From: Dehalococcoidia bacterium
GTDB lineage: Bacteria > Chloroflexota > Dehalococcoidia > Lucifugimonadales > UBA3495
NCBI GenBank assembly: GCA_964291545.2
Contig: OZ219860.1
Span: forward strand, 829,276 to 893,275
Direction: 5' to 3'
DNA: 64,000 bases
Part shown: positions 46,517-55,600 of the stretch, piece by piece
Layout: each line of letters begins with the position of its first letter
Numbering within the stretch: position 1 is the stretch's first letter
The notes under the pieces: model-generated
The model's input: the letters and a program-made list of their open reading frames with translations, nothing else
What the model was told of the DNA's origin: nothing
Database searches by the model: none
Made by a program: the position numbers and the translations under genes

Positions 46517-47506
46517 TCAGTTACAGCCTACCGCCTGCAAAAACTCCGGAGATTCCACCACTTCGCCCGTGGTGGCGCTCAACTCGCGGACCTTCCACAC
46601 TGGCGGAGTTTGCGATTCATCCCAGCTTCGCTTGACGGGTGACTCTGCAGTCACTTGCCATATTCTGTCGCCGAGGTAGTCGGTGGTGTAGCCGCTGTGA
46701 GGATTGGTGTCACCCATAAACGTCCTGCAGGTAACGGTGGACTCATCGGGCCAGGTATTGTCCAGGTGGTCCCATACGATCTGGATGGCAGCGCCATGGG
46801 GAAGAAGCGGTATGTTCGGGTCTAACGGCTTTTCCGTGGGTTCTTCTGTCGGCACAGACGGGGGTAAGGCAATCTGCACTGTGACCACGTTGGTTTGGCC
46901 GATACCCCCAAAGGTTATTTCAGACTTCGAGCCGTCCGTGGCGGTGATGAGTCCCGTTACAGGTTTTCCCAGCGAGTCAATTACGATGCTGCTACTCAGC
47001 GTTACACCCCTTACCGTGCGTGGAGCAAAGGCGAGAGTCCGTAGATTCCCCGTTGCCCCTGACCCATCGTCTGGCCTCTCTGTGGCCGATTCCGGGTCGC
47101 CGCAGGGTAGGTGGCCAGTATCTAACTCAAGCGATTCGGCGCGTATCTCCCACGCTGCCCAGGTGTTCGGGCCGGTCTTATAGCGCTCGTACCATACGCC
47201 GTCCTTGACGATCCACTCGGCGCGAAAGTCGTGGGGGCCGTTAGGGTTGTAGTTTCCTGCTAGAAGCCTGAAATCTCGTCCGGCGAAGGTGTATTGCCGA
47301 ACGTAGATGTTGTCATCGCCCGACCTGGTCTCCTTAGCCGTCATGTCAAAGTGAGCGTCTTCCAGGCTTTTACATGCGACCTGAGCGAGCGCCGCCGCTC
47401 CCACGGCTGTTGGGCCTGTCTTTGCAAACAGCAGCCACAACCCTGCCGCCAAAGCCGCCAGGACCACCACCGTTCCGATGCCTATGTATCGAACTCTTCT
47501 GCTCAT
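46517..47506 (-). CDS. Hypothetical membrane-anchored/secreted protein (329 aa)
   Basis: N-terminal TM/signal anchor (IGIGTVVVLAALAAGLWLLFA). Long clean ORF in a lower-GC segment. I recognise no family. Confidence 0.5.
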   Translation of the reverse strand: MSRRVRYIGIGTVVVLAALAAGLWLLFAKTGPTAVGAAALAQVACKSLEDAHFDMTAKETRSGDDNIYVRQYTFAGRDFRLLAGNYNPNGPHDFRAEWIVKDGVWYERYKTGPNTWAAWEIRAESLELDTGHLPCGDPESATERPDDGSGATGNLRTLAFAPRTVRGVTLSSSIVIDSLGKPVTGLITATDGSKSEITFGGIGQTNVVTVQIALPPSVPTEEPTEKPLDPNIPLLPHGAAIQIVWDHLDNTWPDESTVTCRTFMGDTNPHSGYTTDYLGDRIWQVTAESPVKRSWDESQTPPVWKVRELSATTGEVVESPEFLQAVGCN

Positions 47507-47679
47507 GCGGAACCAGTTCTACTTGTACCCAGTAAATCAGTATAGGGATTGTCAAATAAGGTTTGGGTAAGGTCAACCCCGAAAATGATAAGAAAGCGAT
47601 AAGTTTCGGGCCAATTTGCTAGAATCGGCCTAAATCGGCCCGTTTCGAGGAGGCGAAAGTTGGAGAACGCAGGCCCGCC

Positions 47680-47803
47680 GTTACCGGGAGGAGAGGACCG
47701 GCCGGGGACTGAGGTGGCTCCCGGCTGGAGACCCGAAGAGGTGCAGCGGCTTACCGGCGCCAGGCTGATTCCGGCCCCAGACCTGACGGAATACCATCTC
47801 TAG
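47680..47803 (+). pseudogene. Remnant of the 3' end of a paralogous CoA-transferase beta gene
   Basis: 47711-47803 matches 46271-46363 at 86/93 nt and ends in a stop at the equivalent codon (EVAPGWRPEEVQRLTGARLIPAPDLTEYHL-stop). Patchy similarity continues about 30 nt upstream with a 10-nt deletion, and about 80 nt downstream. Confidence 0.6.
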
Positions 47804-47934
47804 ACATGCGGGCCAGGCGGCTCAAAGCCCGGGGCTTCTGCCTACAACGATTCCGGTAAGGGCGAAAAATCTTTCGCCTTTACGACGGCGTCGACTCCGA
47901 AATTTTAAGCCGATTTCGACGGCAATATTTGCCC

Positions 47935-47964
47935 TTGACAGCACAAATTTGGACGTTGTACGAT
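47935..47964 (+). promoter_or_regulatory. Promoter candidate for the His/Cys-repeat gene
   Basis: TTGACA (47935-47940), an 18-nt spacer, then TACGAT (47959-47964). Confidence 0.35.
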
Positions 47965-47991
47965 GAACTATCACACTGGAGGTTAGAGCGA

Positions 47992-48231
47992 ATGCAGCTT
48001 CACGATGTACACGAGTGCGACACCCACGAGCACCACGGCGACGAGCCCGGCCACGTACACGACCCCCACGAGTGCGACACCCACGAGCACCACGCCGAGG
48101 CCCACGACCACAGTTCCCACGAGTGCGACACCCATGAGCACCACGGCGACGAGCCCGGCCACGTGCACGACCCCCACGAGTGCGACGACCACGAGCACCA
48201 CGAGCACGAACACGCGGGCCACGTCCACTAG
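47992..48231 (+). CDS. Small His/Cys-rich repeat protein (79 aa), putative metal-binding
   Basis: The ATG at 47992 has GGAGG 9 nt upstream (47978-47982). It carries four HECD(T/D)HEHH modules and an internal 108-bp (36-codon) duplication (48010 vs 48118). It ends at a strong terminator. The first 21 codons of the 47929 ORF in the track overlap the promoter candidate. Confidence 0.5.
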   Translation: MQLHDVHECDTHEHHGDEPGHVHDPHECDTHEHHAEAHDHSSHECDTHEHHGDEPGHVHDPHECDDHEHHEHEHAGHVH

Positions 48232-48251
48232 ATAGCAGGTTCCTACCGGAG

Positions 48252-48291
48252 AAAAAACCCCGCCGGACCCTATGAGTCCTGCGGGGTTTTT
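48252..48291. terminator. Bidirectional intrinsic terminator between convergent genes
   Basis: AAAAAA-CCCCGCCGGAC-cctatga-GTCCTGCGGGG-TTTTT. Confidence 0.7.
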
Positions 48292-48344
48292 AGTCTTACG
48301 CTGCTTCCGAGGGCTGCGGCGGGGTTACCTGCCGCAGCCCTTGT

Positions 48345-49643
48345 TCAAATCTCGGAACGGGCGAAGGCCAGCAGGTGGCCCACGTGATGGTCCTCGGTGC
48401 AGCCGTCCAGCGACCGCTCCAACTGTATGGTTACGTGGCCGATTCCGTACTTGTCGTGCACCAGGTTCAGCATCCTTTTGGTCAACTGGTTCACGTCGCC
48501 CTGGTAACCTGGGTCCACCAGCACGTGCGCGGTGAAAGCCTCGTTGCCCGAAGTTATGGTCCAGACGTGGACATCGTGGATCAAGGTCACCCCTTCCATT
48601 TCCTCGATGTCGCTGCACAGGCTGTACACGTCGATGTGCTCCGGGCTCCCTTCCAGCAGCACGTTCAGGACGCTGATTATCAGCCTGCGGGTGTTGTACA
48701 GGATCAGCACTGCGATGCCGATGCTGAGAATCGGGTCGGCGATGTGCCACCCGAGGCCCATGATCAGCGCCGCCGAGACGATGACGCCGACCGACCCCAG
48801 CAGGTCAGCGATAACGTGCTGGAAGGCTCCCTCAACGTTCAAGCTTTCCCCTGACGAGCGGTGCAGTATCCAGGCCGCCGCCACGTTTATCATGAAGCCG
48901 CCAATACCGACCAGCAGTACCGGCAATCCGTCTACGTGACTGCCTTCGACGGCAAGCCTATGGTAAGCCTCGAACGCGATCCACCCCGCGATTAACCATA
49001 GGCCGAAGGTGTTGGCCAGCGCGGCCAGAATCTCCGTGTGGTGATAGCCGAAGGTGCGCTCCACAGAGGCAGGGCGCTGGGCAATCCACATGGCCACCAG
49101 CGCCATGGCGATGGCGGCGGCGTCGGTCAGCATGTGTCCGGCGTCGGCAAGCAGGGCCAGGCTGCCGGACAGCACTCCGCCAACGACTTCAGCCACCATG
49201 TAGGTGGAAATCAGTACCAGGGCTATTAGCAGGCTGCGGCGGCTGGCTCCCCGCAGGTCGTGGGCATGGTCGTGGCTGCCATGTCCGTGTCCGTGGTGGT
49301 CATGGCCCGAATGGTCGTCGTGGCCTTCGTGCTCGTCGTGATCGTGGCCCTCATGCTCGGCGTGGTCGTGACCCTCATGCTCGTCGTGCCCGTGGCCTTC
49401 GTGCTCGTCGTGCCCGTGGCCCTCGTGCCCGTCGTGGCCGTGGCCCTCGTGCTCGTCGTGCCCGTGGCCCGCATGCTCGGCGTGGTCGTGACCCTCGTGT
49501 TCGGCGTGGCCGTGGCCCTCGTGCTCGGCGTGGCCGTGGCTCTCATGCTCGTCGTGGGCATGACCCTCATGCTCGGCGTGGCCGTGGCTCTCATGCTCGG
49601 CGTGGCCGTGGCCCTCGTGCTCGTCATGCCCGTGCTGTGCCAT
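48345..49643 (-). CDS. Cation diffusion facilitator (CzcD/ZitB-like) divalent metal exporter with a ~130-aa His-rich N-terminal extension
   Basis: CDF core with six TM segments (SLALLADAGHMLTDAAA, HVIADLLGSVGVIVSA) and a C-terminal cytoplasmic domain (VHDVHVWTITSG). The N-terminus is about 13 repeats of an 8-aa HAEHEGHG-type unit. AAGGAGG RBS. Confidence 0.85.
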   Translation of the reverse strand: MAQHGHDEHEGHGHAEHESHGHAEHEGHAHDEHESHGHAEHEGHGHAEHEGHDHAEHAGHGHDEHEGHGHDGHEGHGHDEHEGHGHDEHEGHDHAEHEGHDHDEHEGHDDHSGHDHHGHGHGSHDHAHDLRGASRRSLLIALVLISTYMVAEVVGGVLSGSLALLADAGHMLTDAAAIAMALVAMWIAQRPASVERTFGYHHTEILAALANTFGLWLIAGWIAFEAYHRLAVEGSHVDGLPVLLVGIGGFMINVAAAWILHRSSGESLNVEGAFQHVIADLLGSVGVIVSAALIMGLGWHIADPILSIGIAVLILYNTRRLIISVLNVLLEGSPEHIDVYSLCSDIEEMEGVTLIHDVHVWTITSGNEAFTAHVLVDPGYQGDVNQLTKRMLNLVHDKYGIGHVTIQLERSLDGCTEDHHVGHLLAFARSEI

Positions 49644-49802
49644 AGCACACCTCCTTGCCCAACGGTATTATATATGAGAACGCGTCGCAAATCAGCAATT
49701 GGCGGCGATTCAGCAGCAGGATGGCAACGGTATTGTCAGGTCGCTTTCGTTGACTCAACATAAGGGCCGTGATACCATAACCCTCAGCTTCAAGCATGAA
49801 TT

Positions 49803-49903
49803 TGTTTGGCGGGAGCTTGGGTAAGCCAGGCTGAGAGGGTGGCCAAGGATCGTCGCCGACCGTCTGTACCTGACCCAGATAATGCTGGCGCAGGGAAGGC
49901 ACA
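49803..49903 (+). promoter_or_regulatory. TPP (THI-box) riboswitch
   Basis: It contains GGCTGAGA and ACCTGACCCAGATAATGCTGGCGCAGGGAAG, matching the conserved CUGAGA and ACCUGAUCUGGAUAAUGCCAGCGnAGGGAA cores. It lies upstream of thiG. The boundaries are approximate. Confidence 0.8.
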
Positions 49904-49925
49904 CCCAACCACGCTTACTCGACGA

Positions 49926-49957
49926 CCGCCAGGCATTGGCCCTGGCGGTTCTTTTTT
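49926..49957 (+). terminator. Riboswitch expression-platform terminator
   Basis: CCGCCAGG-cattggc-CCTGGCGG followed by TTCTTTTTT, 29 nt before the thiG ATG. Confidence 0.7.
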
Positions 49958-49985
49958 GTAGACCTCGTCAAGGAGAAATGTCCCG

Positions 49986-50777
49986 ATGACGGACGAGTTG
50001 GTGATAGGCGGCAAGAGCTTCAAGTCCCGGCTCATTTTGGGTACTGGCAGGTACCGCAACATGGAAGACATGGCGCAGGCGGTGGAAGCCTCCGGCGCCG
50101 AAATGATTACCGTGGCCATACGCCGGCTCGATCTGGACAACCCGGGCCAAAAGACCTTGCTTGACTACATTGACTGGAGCCGCTACCAGATGCTGCCCAA
50201 CACCGCCGGCTGCGCAACGGTGGAAGAGGCGCTCTTCATTGCCCGCCTGGGCCGGGAAGTGGGCAAGACCGACTTCGTGAAGTTGGAAGTAATTCCCGAC
50301 CCCAAGTACCTGTTTCCAGACGGGGCGGCGACATTGGAGGCGGCTCGAACCCTGGTGAAAGAGGGTTTCGTCGTCCTGCCCTACGTGCACGCCGACCCGG
50401 TCCTGGCCAGGCAGTTGGAAGAAGCGGGATGCGCCACTGTAATGCCCTTGGGATCGGCCATTGGGTCCGGCCAGGGGATCCATACCGCCGAGGAACTGAA
50501 GATCATCATCGAGCAGGCCAACGTGCCCGTGGTGGTGGATGCCGGGCTGGCCGTGCCTTCAGATGCTTCACAGGCCCTGGAGATGGGCGCTTCGGCGGTC
50601 CTGGTCAACACCGCCATCGCCCAGGCTGAGGACCCGCGGCTGATGGCCGAAGCATTCAAGCAGGGAGTGGAAGCCGGGCGCAAGGCCTACCTGGCGGGCC
50701 GGATTGCCGTCAGGAACTACGCGGAAGCCAGCAGCCCCACCACAGGGGTCCCCCAGCCGGTCCCCGCTCAAAGTTGA
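49986..50777 (+). CDS. thiG: Thiazole synthase
   Basis: 263 aa with canonical ThiG motifs: [32 protein letters not shown] and AVLVNTAIA. Confidence 0.95.
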   Translation: MTDELVIGGKSFKSRLILGTGRYRNMEDMAQAVEASGAEMITVAIRRLDLDNPGQKTLLDYIDWSRYQMLPNTAGCATVEEALFIARLGREVGKTDFVKLEVIPDPKYLFPDGAATLEAARTLVKEGFVVLPYVHADPVLARQLEEAGCATVMPLGSAIGSGQGIHTAEELKIIIEQANVPVVVDAGLAVPSDASQALEMGASAVLVNTAIAQAEDPRLMAEAFKQGVEAGRKAYLAGRIAVRNYAEASSPTTGVPQPVPAQS

Positions 50778-50781
50778 GAAC

Positions 50782-51483
50782 ATGACCCCTTCCATGCCTC
50801 ATCCATGCCTTTGCCTGGTCACCGGCCGCGCAGTGGCCGGCCGCCGCGCGCTGCTCGGCCAAATCGACGATGCAGTCGCGGGCGGCGTGGACATGGTGCA
50901 ACTGAGAGACAAGGAACTGCCGGCAAGCGATCTGCTCGACCTGGCCGTTGCCATCCAGGACGCCATCAAACGCCGGGCGTTGTTCTTGGTAAACGACAGG
51001 GTCGACGTAGCCCTGGCCGCCGGCGCCGACGGGGTGCAGCTTGGCGAACTGGCGTTGCCGCCCGCAGCCGCGCGCCGCATAGTTGGTCCCGGCCGCCTCA
51101 TCGGCAGGTCGGTACATTCCCAGGAAGGAGCGGCAGCCGCCCAAGCGGAAGGAGCCGACTTTGTGATCGTGGGCGCCATGTTTCCCACCAGTACCCACCC
51201 GGGAGTATCCCCGGCAGGGCCTGGTCTGCTGCGAGACATTCGCCGTGAAATGGAGAGGAGCGGGCGCGAAGTTCCACTAATCGGCATCGGCGGTATAACC
51301 GAAGGCAACGCGGGCGAGGTTATGCGGGCGGGCGCGACAGGTGTGGCAGTCATCACCGGCATCTTGGCGTCCGCCGATGCAGGGCAAGCAGCCGCGCGCA
51401 TAAAGGCAGCGATGTTGGACTCCCTGGATACGGCCGCCGCTGCCCCGGAGAGGGGAGCACAAGGGGGCGAAGTCGGGGCATGA
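50782..51483 (+). CDS. thiE: Thiamine-phosphate synthase
   Basis: The ATG at 50782 lies 4 nt after the thiG stop. Motifs are VDMVQLRDKE, LFLVNDRVDVALAAGADGVQLG and IGIGGI. The track start at 50704 overlaps thiG. Confidence 0.85.
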   Translation: MTPSMPHPCLCLVTGRAVAGRRALLGQIDDAVAGGVDMVQLRDKELPASDLLDLAVAIQDAIKRRALFLVNDRVDVALAAGADGVQLGELALPPAAARRIVGPGRLIGRSVHSQEGAAAAQAEGADFVIVGAMFPTSTHPGVSPAGPGLLRDIRREMERSGREVPLIGIGGITEGNAGEVMRAGATGVAVITGILASADAGQAAARIKAAMLDSLDTAAAAPERGAQGGEVGA

Positions 51484-51683
51484 TAAGCCTCACCGTGAAC
51501 GGCAAAGCCAGGCGCTTGGAAAGCAGCACCGACCTGGAGAGCTACCTGGTCTCCTTCGATGTTAACATGGAGCACGTGGCCGTAGGTTACAATGGAGAAG
51601 TGATCAAAAAAGACCAATTTCCGGAAGTCCGGCTGCAGGACGGGGACGTATTGGAGATAGTACTCCCGGTGGGCGGCGGATGA
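51480..51683 (+). CDS. thiS: Sulfur carrier protein ThiS
   Basis: 67 aa with a ubiquitin-like fold pattern and a C-terminal GG. Its ATG overlaps the thiE stop (ATGA). Confidence 0.8.
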   Translation: MISLTVNGKARRLESSTDLESYLVSFDVNMEHVAVGYNGEVIKKDQFPEVRLQDGDVLEIVLPVGGG

Positions 51684-51795
51684 GCGGTTGTTTGGCTGCT
51701 TTGCGCAGGCAACCGGCGAGAGCGGAGAGAATGGTCCATAAGGCGAGCGGTCCCTAGCAAAGTCTTGGAGACCCACCTATGTGCTCGAAGAGAGC

Positions 51796-51830
51796 AAGGG
51801 GTGTGACGAACGTAGAACGTCGCACCCCTT
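51796..51830 (+). terminator. Stem-loop after thiS (possible terminator, no U-tract)
   Basis: AAGGGGTGTGACG-aacgtagaa-CGTCGCACCCCTT forms a 13-bp stem with one G-T pair. Confidence 0.3.
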
Positions 51831-51876
51831 AACAATGCGCTAGAGAATGCAGCGAGAGGAGAACCCGTAAAGCTAG

Positions 51877-52611
51877 ATGCAAGAATACATAGTCGATGCG
51901 ACAGGACTCCAAAAGACCTACGACACCGGCCTGGTGAGCGTTGCAGCCCTGAGGGGAGTGGACCTGCACGTCAAGCGCGGCGAGATGGTGGCCATCATGG
52001 GCCCCAGCGGCTGCGGCAAGACCACGCTGCTCAACTGCCTCTCCGGCTTGGACGAAATTGACTCGGGCCAGGTATTGATTGACGGGACGGTGCTCCACGA
52101 CCTGCCGGACGACGCCCGCAGCGACTACCGGGCCCGCAGCATGGGTTTCGTGTTTCAGCTTTACAACCTGCTGCCGGTGCTGAGCGCGGTGGAGAACGTG
52201 GAAATGCCATTGCTGGTGTCCGGGGTCAACGCCGGGCAGGCCCGCCGGCGGTCCATGGACCTGCTCGAACTGGTCGGCTTGTCGGAACGGGCCAATCACC
52301 TGCCAGCGGAGCTTTCCGGGGGGCAGCGGCAACGGGTGACCATCGCCCGGGCGTTGGTAAACGAGCCGTCCATTGTGTGGGCCGACGAGCCCACCGGAGA
52401 CCTGGACAGCGAGACTGCCAACGACATCATGGACCTTATGTGCGGGTTGAACGCCCAGAACGGGCAGACTTTTGTGCTGGTGACCCACGGCGACGAGATC
52501 GGCGCCAGGGCCCACCGCATCGTCAGGATGCGGGACGGCAGGATCGAGGATGACGGGGGCGGCTCCCCAACCGGAGATGCCGTGAAGTCGGACGCGGAGC
52601 CCGGCAGCTAA
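51877..52611 (+). CDS. ABC transporter ATP-binding protein (MacB/LolD-like)
   Basis: Walker [10 protein letters not shown], signature LSGGQRQR, Walker [12 protein letters not shown]. Confidence 0.9.
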   Translation: MQEYIVDATGLQKTYDTGLVSVAALRGVDLHVKRGEMVAIMGPSGCGKTTLLNCLSGLDEIDSGQVLIDGTVLHDLPDDARSDYRARSMGFVFQLYNLLPVLSAVENVEMPLLVSGVNAGQARRRSMDLLELVGLSERANHLPAELSGGQRQRVTIARALVNEPSIVWADEPTGDLDSETANDIMDLMCGLNAQNGQTFVLVTHGDEIGARAHRIVRMRDGRIEDDGGGSPTGDAVKSDAEPGS

Positions 52612-55600
52612 TGGAAGAACTCTTCGGCATTTCCATGAACGTCATCATGGTCGCCTTGCTGGTGATTCTCATCCCATCGTTGGCGATTGTCGCGGTGATG
52701 GCCTGGCGCAATCGCGTGATGCTTAAGATGGGCCTGCGCAACATCCCCAGGCGGCCGGCACAGACCGTCCTGATCATAGTCGGCATCATGATCAGCACGT
52801 TGATTATGGCCGCCGCTTTCGGAACCGGCGACACCATCAGCTACTCCATACGCATCGAGGCGATAAAGGCCCTGGGGACCATCGACGAGGTCATATCGCT
52901 GCCCAGGGCATCGGCCGATGACAACTTCGGCAGCCAGCCCTACATGCCCTACGACCGGTTTCTTCAACTCAGGGAAGAGACGGCCGGCATAGAAAAAATC
53001 GACGGCCTGGGGCCGGGAATCGCGGAATTCGCTCCCGTGCTGAACCCCCGGACCTCCCTCAGCGAAGGAAACATGCGAATCGTGGGGGTGTTCCCGGACT
53101 CAGTGGCAGAGTTCGGCGGCTTGAACCTCGCTTCGGGGGGTCCCGCCAACATCGAAGACCTGGGGCAGGACCACGTCTACCTGAACGATGACGCCGCGGA
53201 GGAGTTGGACGCCGTCGGGGGCGACGAGGTCCGAATTTTCCTGAGCGGCGAGGAGTTGACCTTCCGCGTGTTGGGGATACTGGAGCCAGGGGGCCTGGCC
53301 GGGCCGGACCCAACCCTGGCAATGCCCCTTGAGCGCGCCCAGGAGGTCTTTGGCCGGGAGGGCCAGATTAACTCCATCGCCGTATCCAACACCGGAGGGG
53401 TCTTTGCCGGCGCGGAGCACAGCGAGGAAGTGACCCGGCAGCTCCGGGTGCTGTTCGCGGACCGAGAGGTTGCGGGCCAACTACAGGGACTCCTCAACAC
53501 GGAAGACGCTCTCGATGCCCTGGAACGGCGGGAACTTGACCTGGACGGCCCTCTGCAGGCTGACCTTGCAGCGCTACGCGACGAGCTCACTAAAGAACAG
53601 CCGAGCGACGGTCTTATCAGTCTTCTGGCCGATGAAGCCGTATCCGACGAAGTCCTGGAGGCCCTGGGCCAGGGCGGCCTGACAGACGTCCAGAGGCAGG
53701 CGGTCACTTTGTTTGCCGACTTGGGCGAGCTGCAGGTACTTGACATAAAGAGACAAATCCTGGAGCAAGCCGACGAAATCGGCAGTCAAATCACCACGTT
53801 CTTCATAATCATGGGGCTGTTCTCGATTATGGTGGGCGTGCTGCTCATATTCCTGATCTTCGTGATGCTAGCGGCGGCCCGCCGCACCGAGATGGGCATG
53901 GCCCGGGCCGTGGGCGCCAGGCGCAGGCACCTGGTGCAGATGTTCCTTTTTGAGGGCAGCGCCTACGCCCTGGTTTCCGGCGCCGCCGGCGTGGTGCTGG
54001 GACTGGTGGCCAGCGCCCTCATCGTCGCCATCATCAACCGGATATTCGCCGCCAGCGCAGGGTTTGACGACTTCCAGATGACCCGCCACTTCGAGGTGCG
54101 CAGCGCGGTGGTCGCCTACTGTTTGGGCATGATTATTACGCTGGCGACGGTGGGAGTGTCGGCCTATCGGGTTAGCCGCACCAACATAGTGTCCGCGGTG
54201 AGGGGCCTGCCGGACCCTGCCGCCGGCGAAGCAAAGGGATGGCGAGATATCGCGTGGGGAGACCTATTACGGGGACTGGCGCTACTGGTTCTGGGCGGCG
54301 CCATTACCTTCGTAGCCTCAGAATTGGACCAAAGACCACTCAGATTCCTCTTCTGGATTGGTGGGCTGATGGTGATCGTTGGGCTGGTGCTTTCTCTGCG
54401 CCCCATACTGCCCACAGTATGGAGGGCCTTCAGTCAGGGATGGCTGGCGCTGGCCGTGGGCATTGTCATACTTGCCTCCTCCCTGGAATCCAACGAAATA
54501 TCCATCTTCAGGATTGGGGGATCGCTTACCATCATAGGGCTGGGGCTTTCCCTACGCTCCATCCTGCGGTCCACCCAGATGCGGGCCGACCTCCGGGACC
54601 GCCTTGCGTACACCTTCATGGGCATCCTAATGCTGGTCTTCTGGGTCGCGCCGTTCAATTGGTTGACCGCAGTGTTCGGGACACTGGAGGGCGGCGGACC
54701 TGAACTGTTCTTCATTTCCGGGATAGCCATGGTGGCGGCGGCGGTCTGGACCGTGATGTACAACGCCGACGTGCTACTGAAGCTGCTCACTTTCATCACC
54801 AAGCCGGTGGGACTGCTCCGGCCGGTGATGGTCACCGCGGTCGCCTATCCCATGAGCTCCAAGTTCCGCACCGGGCTTACCCTGGCCATGTTTGCCCTGG
54901 TGATATTCACCCTGATAGTGATGTCCATCCTCACCAGGGCATTCAGCACCGCGGCCGCTGACATAGACACCAGCACCCTCGGATGGGACATAGGGGGGGA
55001 GGTGAACTTCAACACGCCCATCGGGGATATCCGGCAGGCTATCGCGGACCATCCTGACCTGGACCCCGCAGACTTCGAGGCCGTCGGCGGTTACACCTGG
55101 ATACCCATAGAGGCCCGCCAGCCGGGAGCGGAAAACCAGCTTTGGGAGTGGTACGCCGTCAGGGCTGCCGACGACGACTTTTTGGGCGCTGCCGGCGGGA
55201 AGCTGAAGCTCATTGCCGACGGCTATGGAGAGACCGCTCAAGACGTGTGGCAAGCGTTGAAGAACGACCCTACCCTGGCCGTGGTGGACGCCCTGGCCGT
55301 CCCCAGCCGGTCCAGGTTCGATGACGACGAAGTGCCCTTCGCATTGGAGGGCGTCTACTACGAGGACGAAAGGATGGACCCCATCGAACTGGAGATACGC
55401 GAGCCGCGCTCGGGCGAGGTCCTGAACCTGAAGGTTATTGGAGTGCTCGACCAGCTTACCGATTCCTTCGGCCAGATCGGTCTAGGAATGTTCGTATCCA
55501 AGCGGGCCTTGGACGACGCAATCTCCGTGCAGATTCCCATCACCGCCTACAGGTTCAGGGTAGCGCCGGGAGTGGACCCGCAGCAGGCCGCACGGTCTAT

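Noticed and set aside
47959-47973. Possible second Zur-box-like site (TACGATGAACTATCA) at the His/Cys-repeat gene promoter, sharing GAT-N4-TATCA with the znuA site
   Set aside because: It is not palindromic and shares only 9 of 15 positions with the znuA element. That is too weak to report without a genome-wide motif model.
47983-48235. Alternative ORFs over the His/Cys-repeat gene (minus-strand 81 aa, V/L/G-rich; plus-strand 76 aa, T/S/P-rich), and likewise 49226..49690 and 49260..49763 over the CDF N-terminus
   Set aside because: They lack an RBS and start context. Their compositions are the trivial out-of-frame or antisense readings of CAC/GAC/GAG repeats. The His-rich frames connect to a proper RBS (small gene) or to the CDF core.
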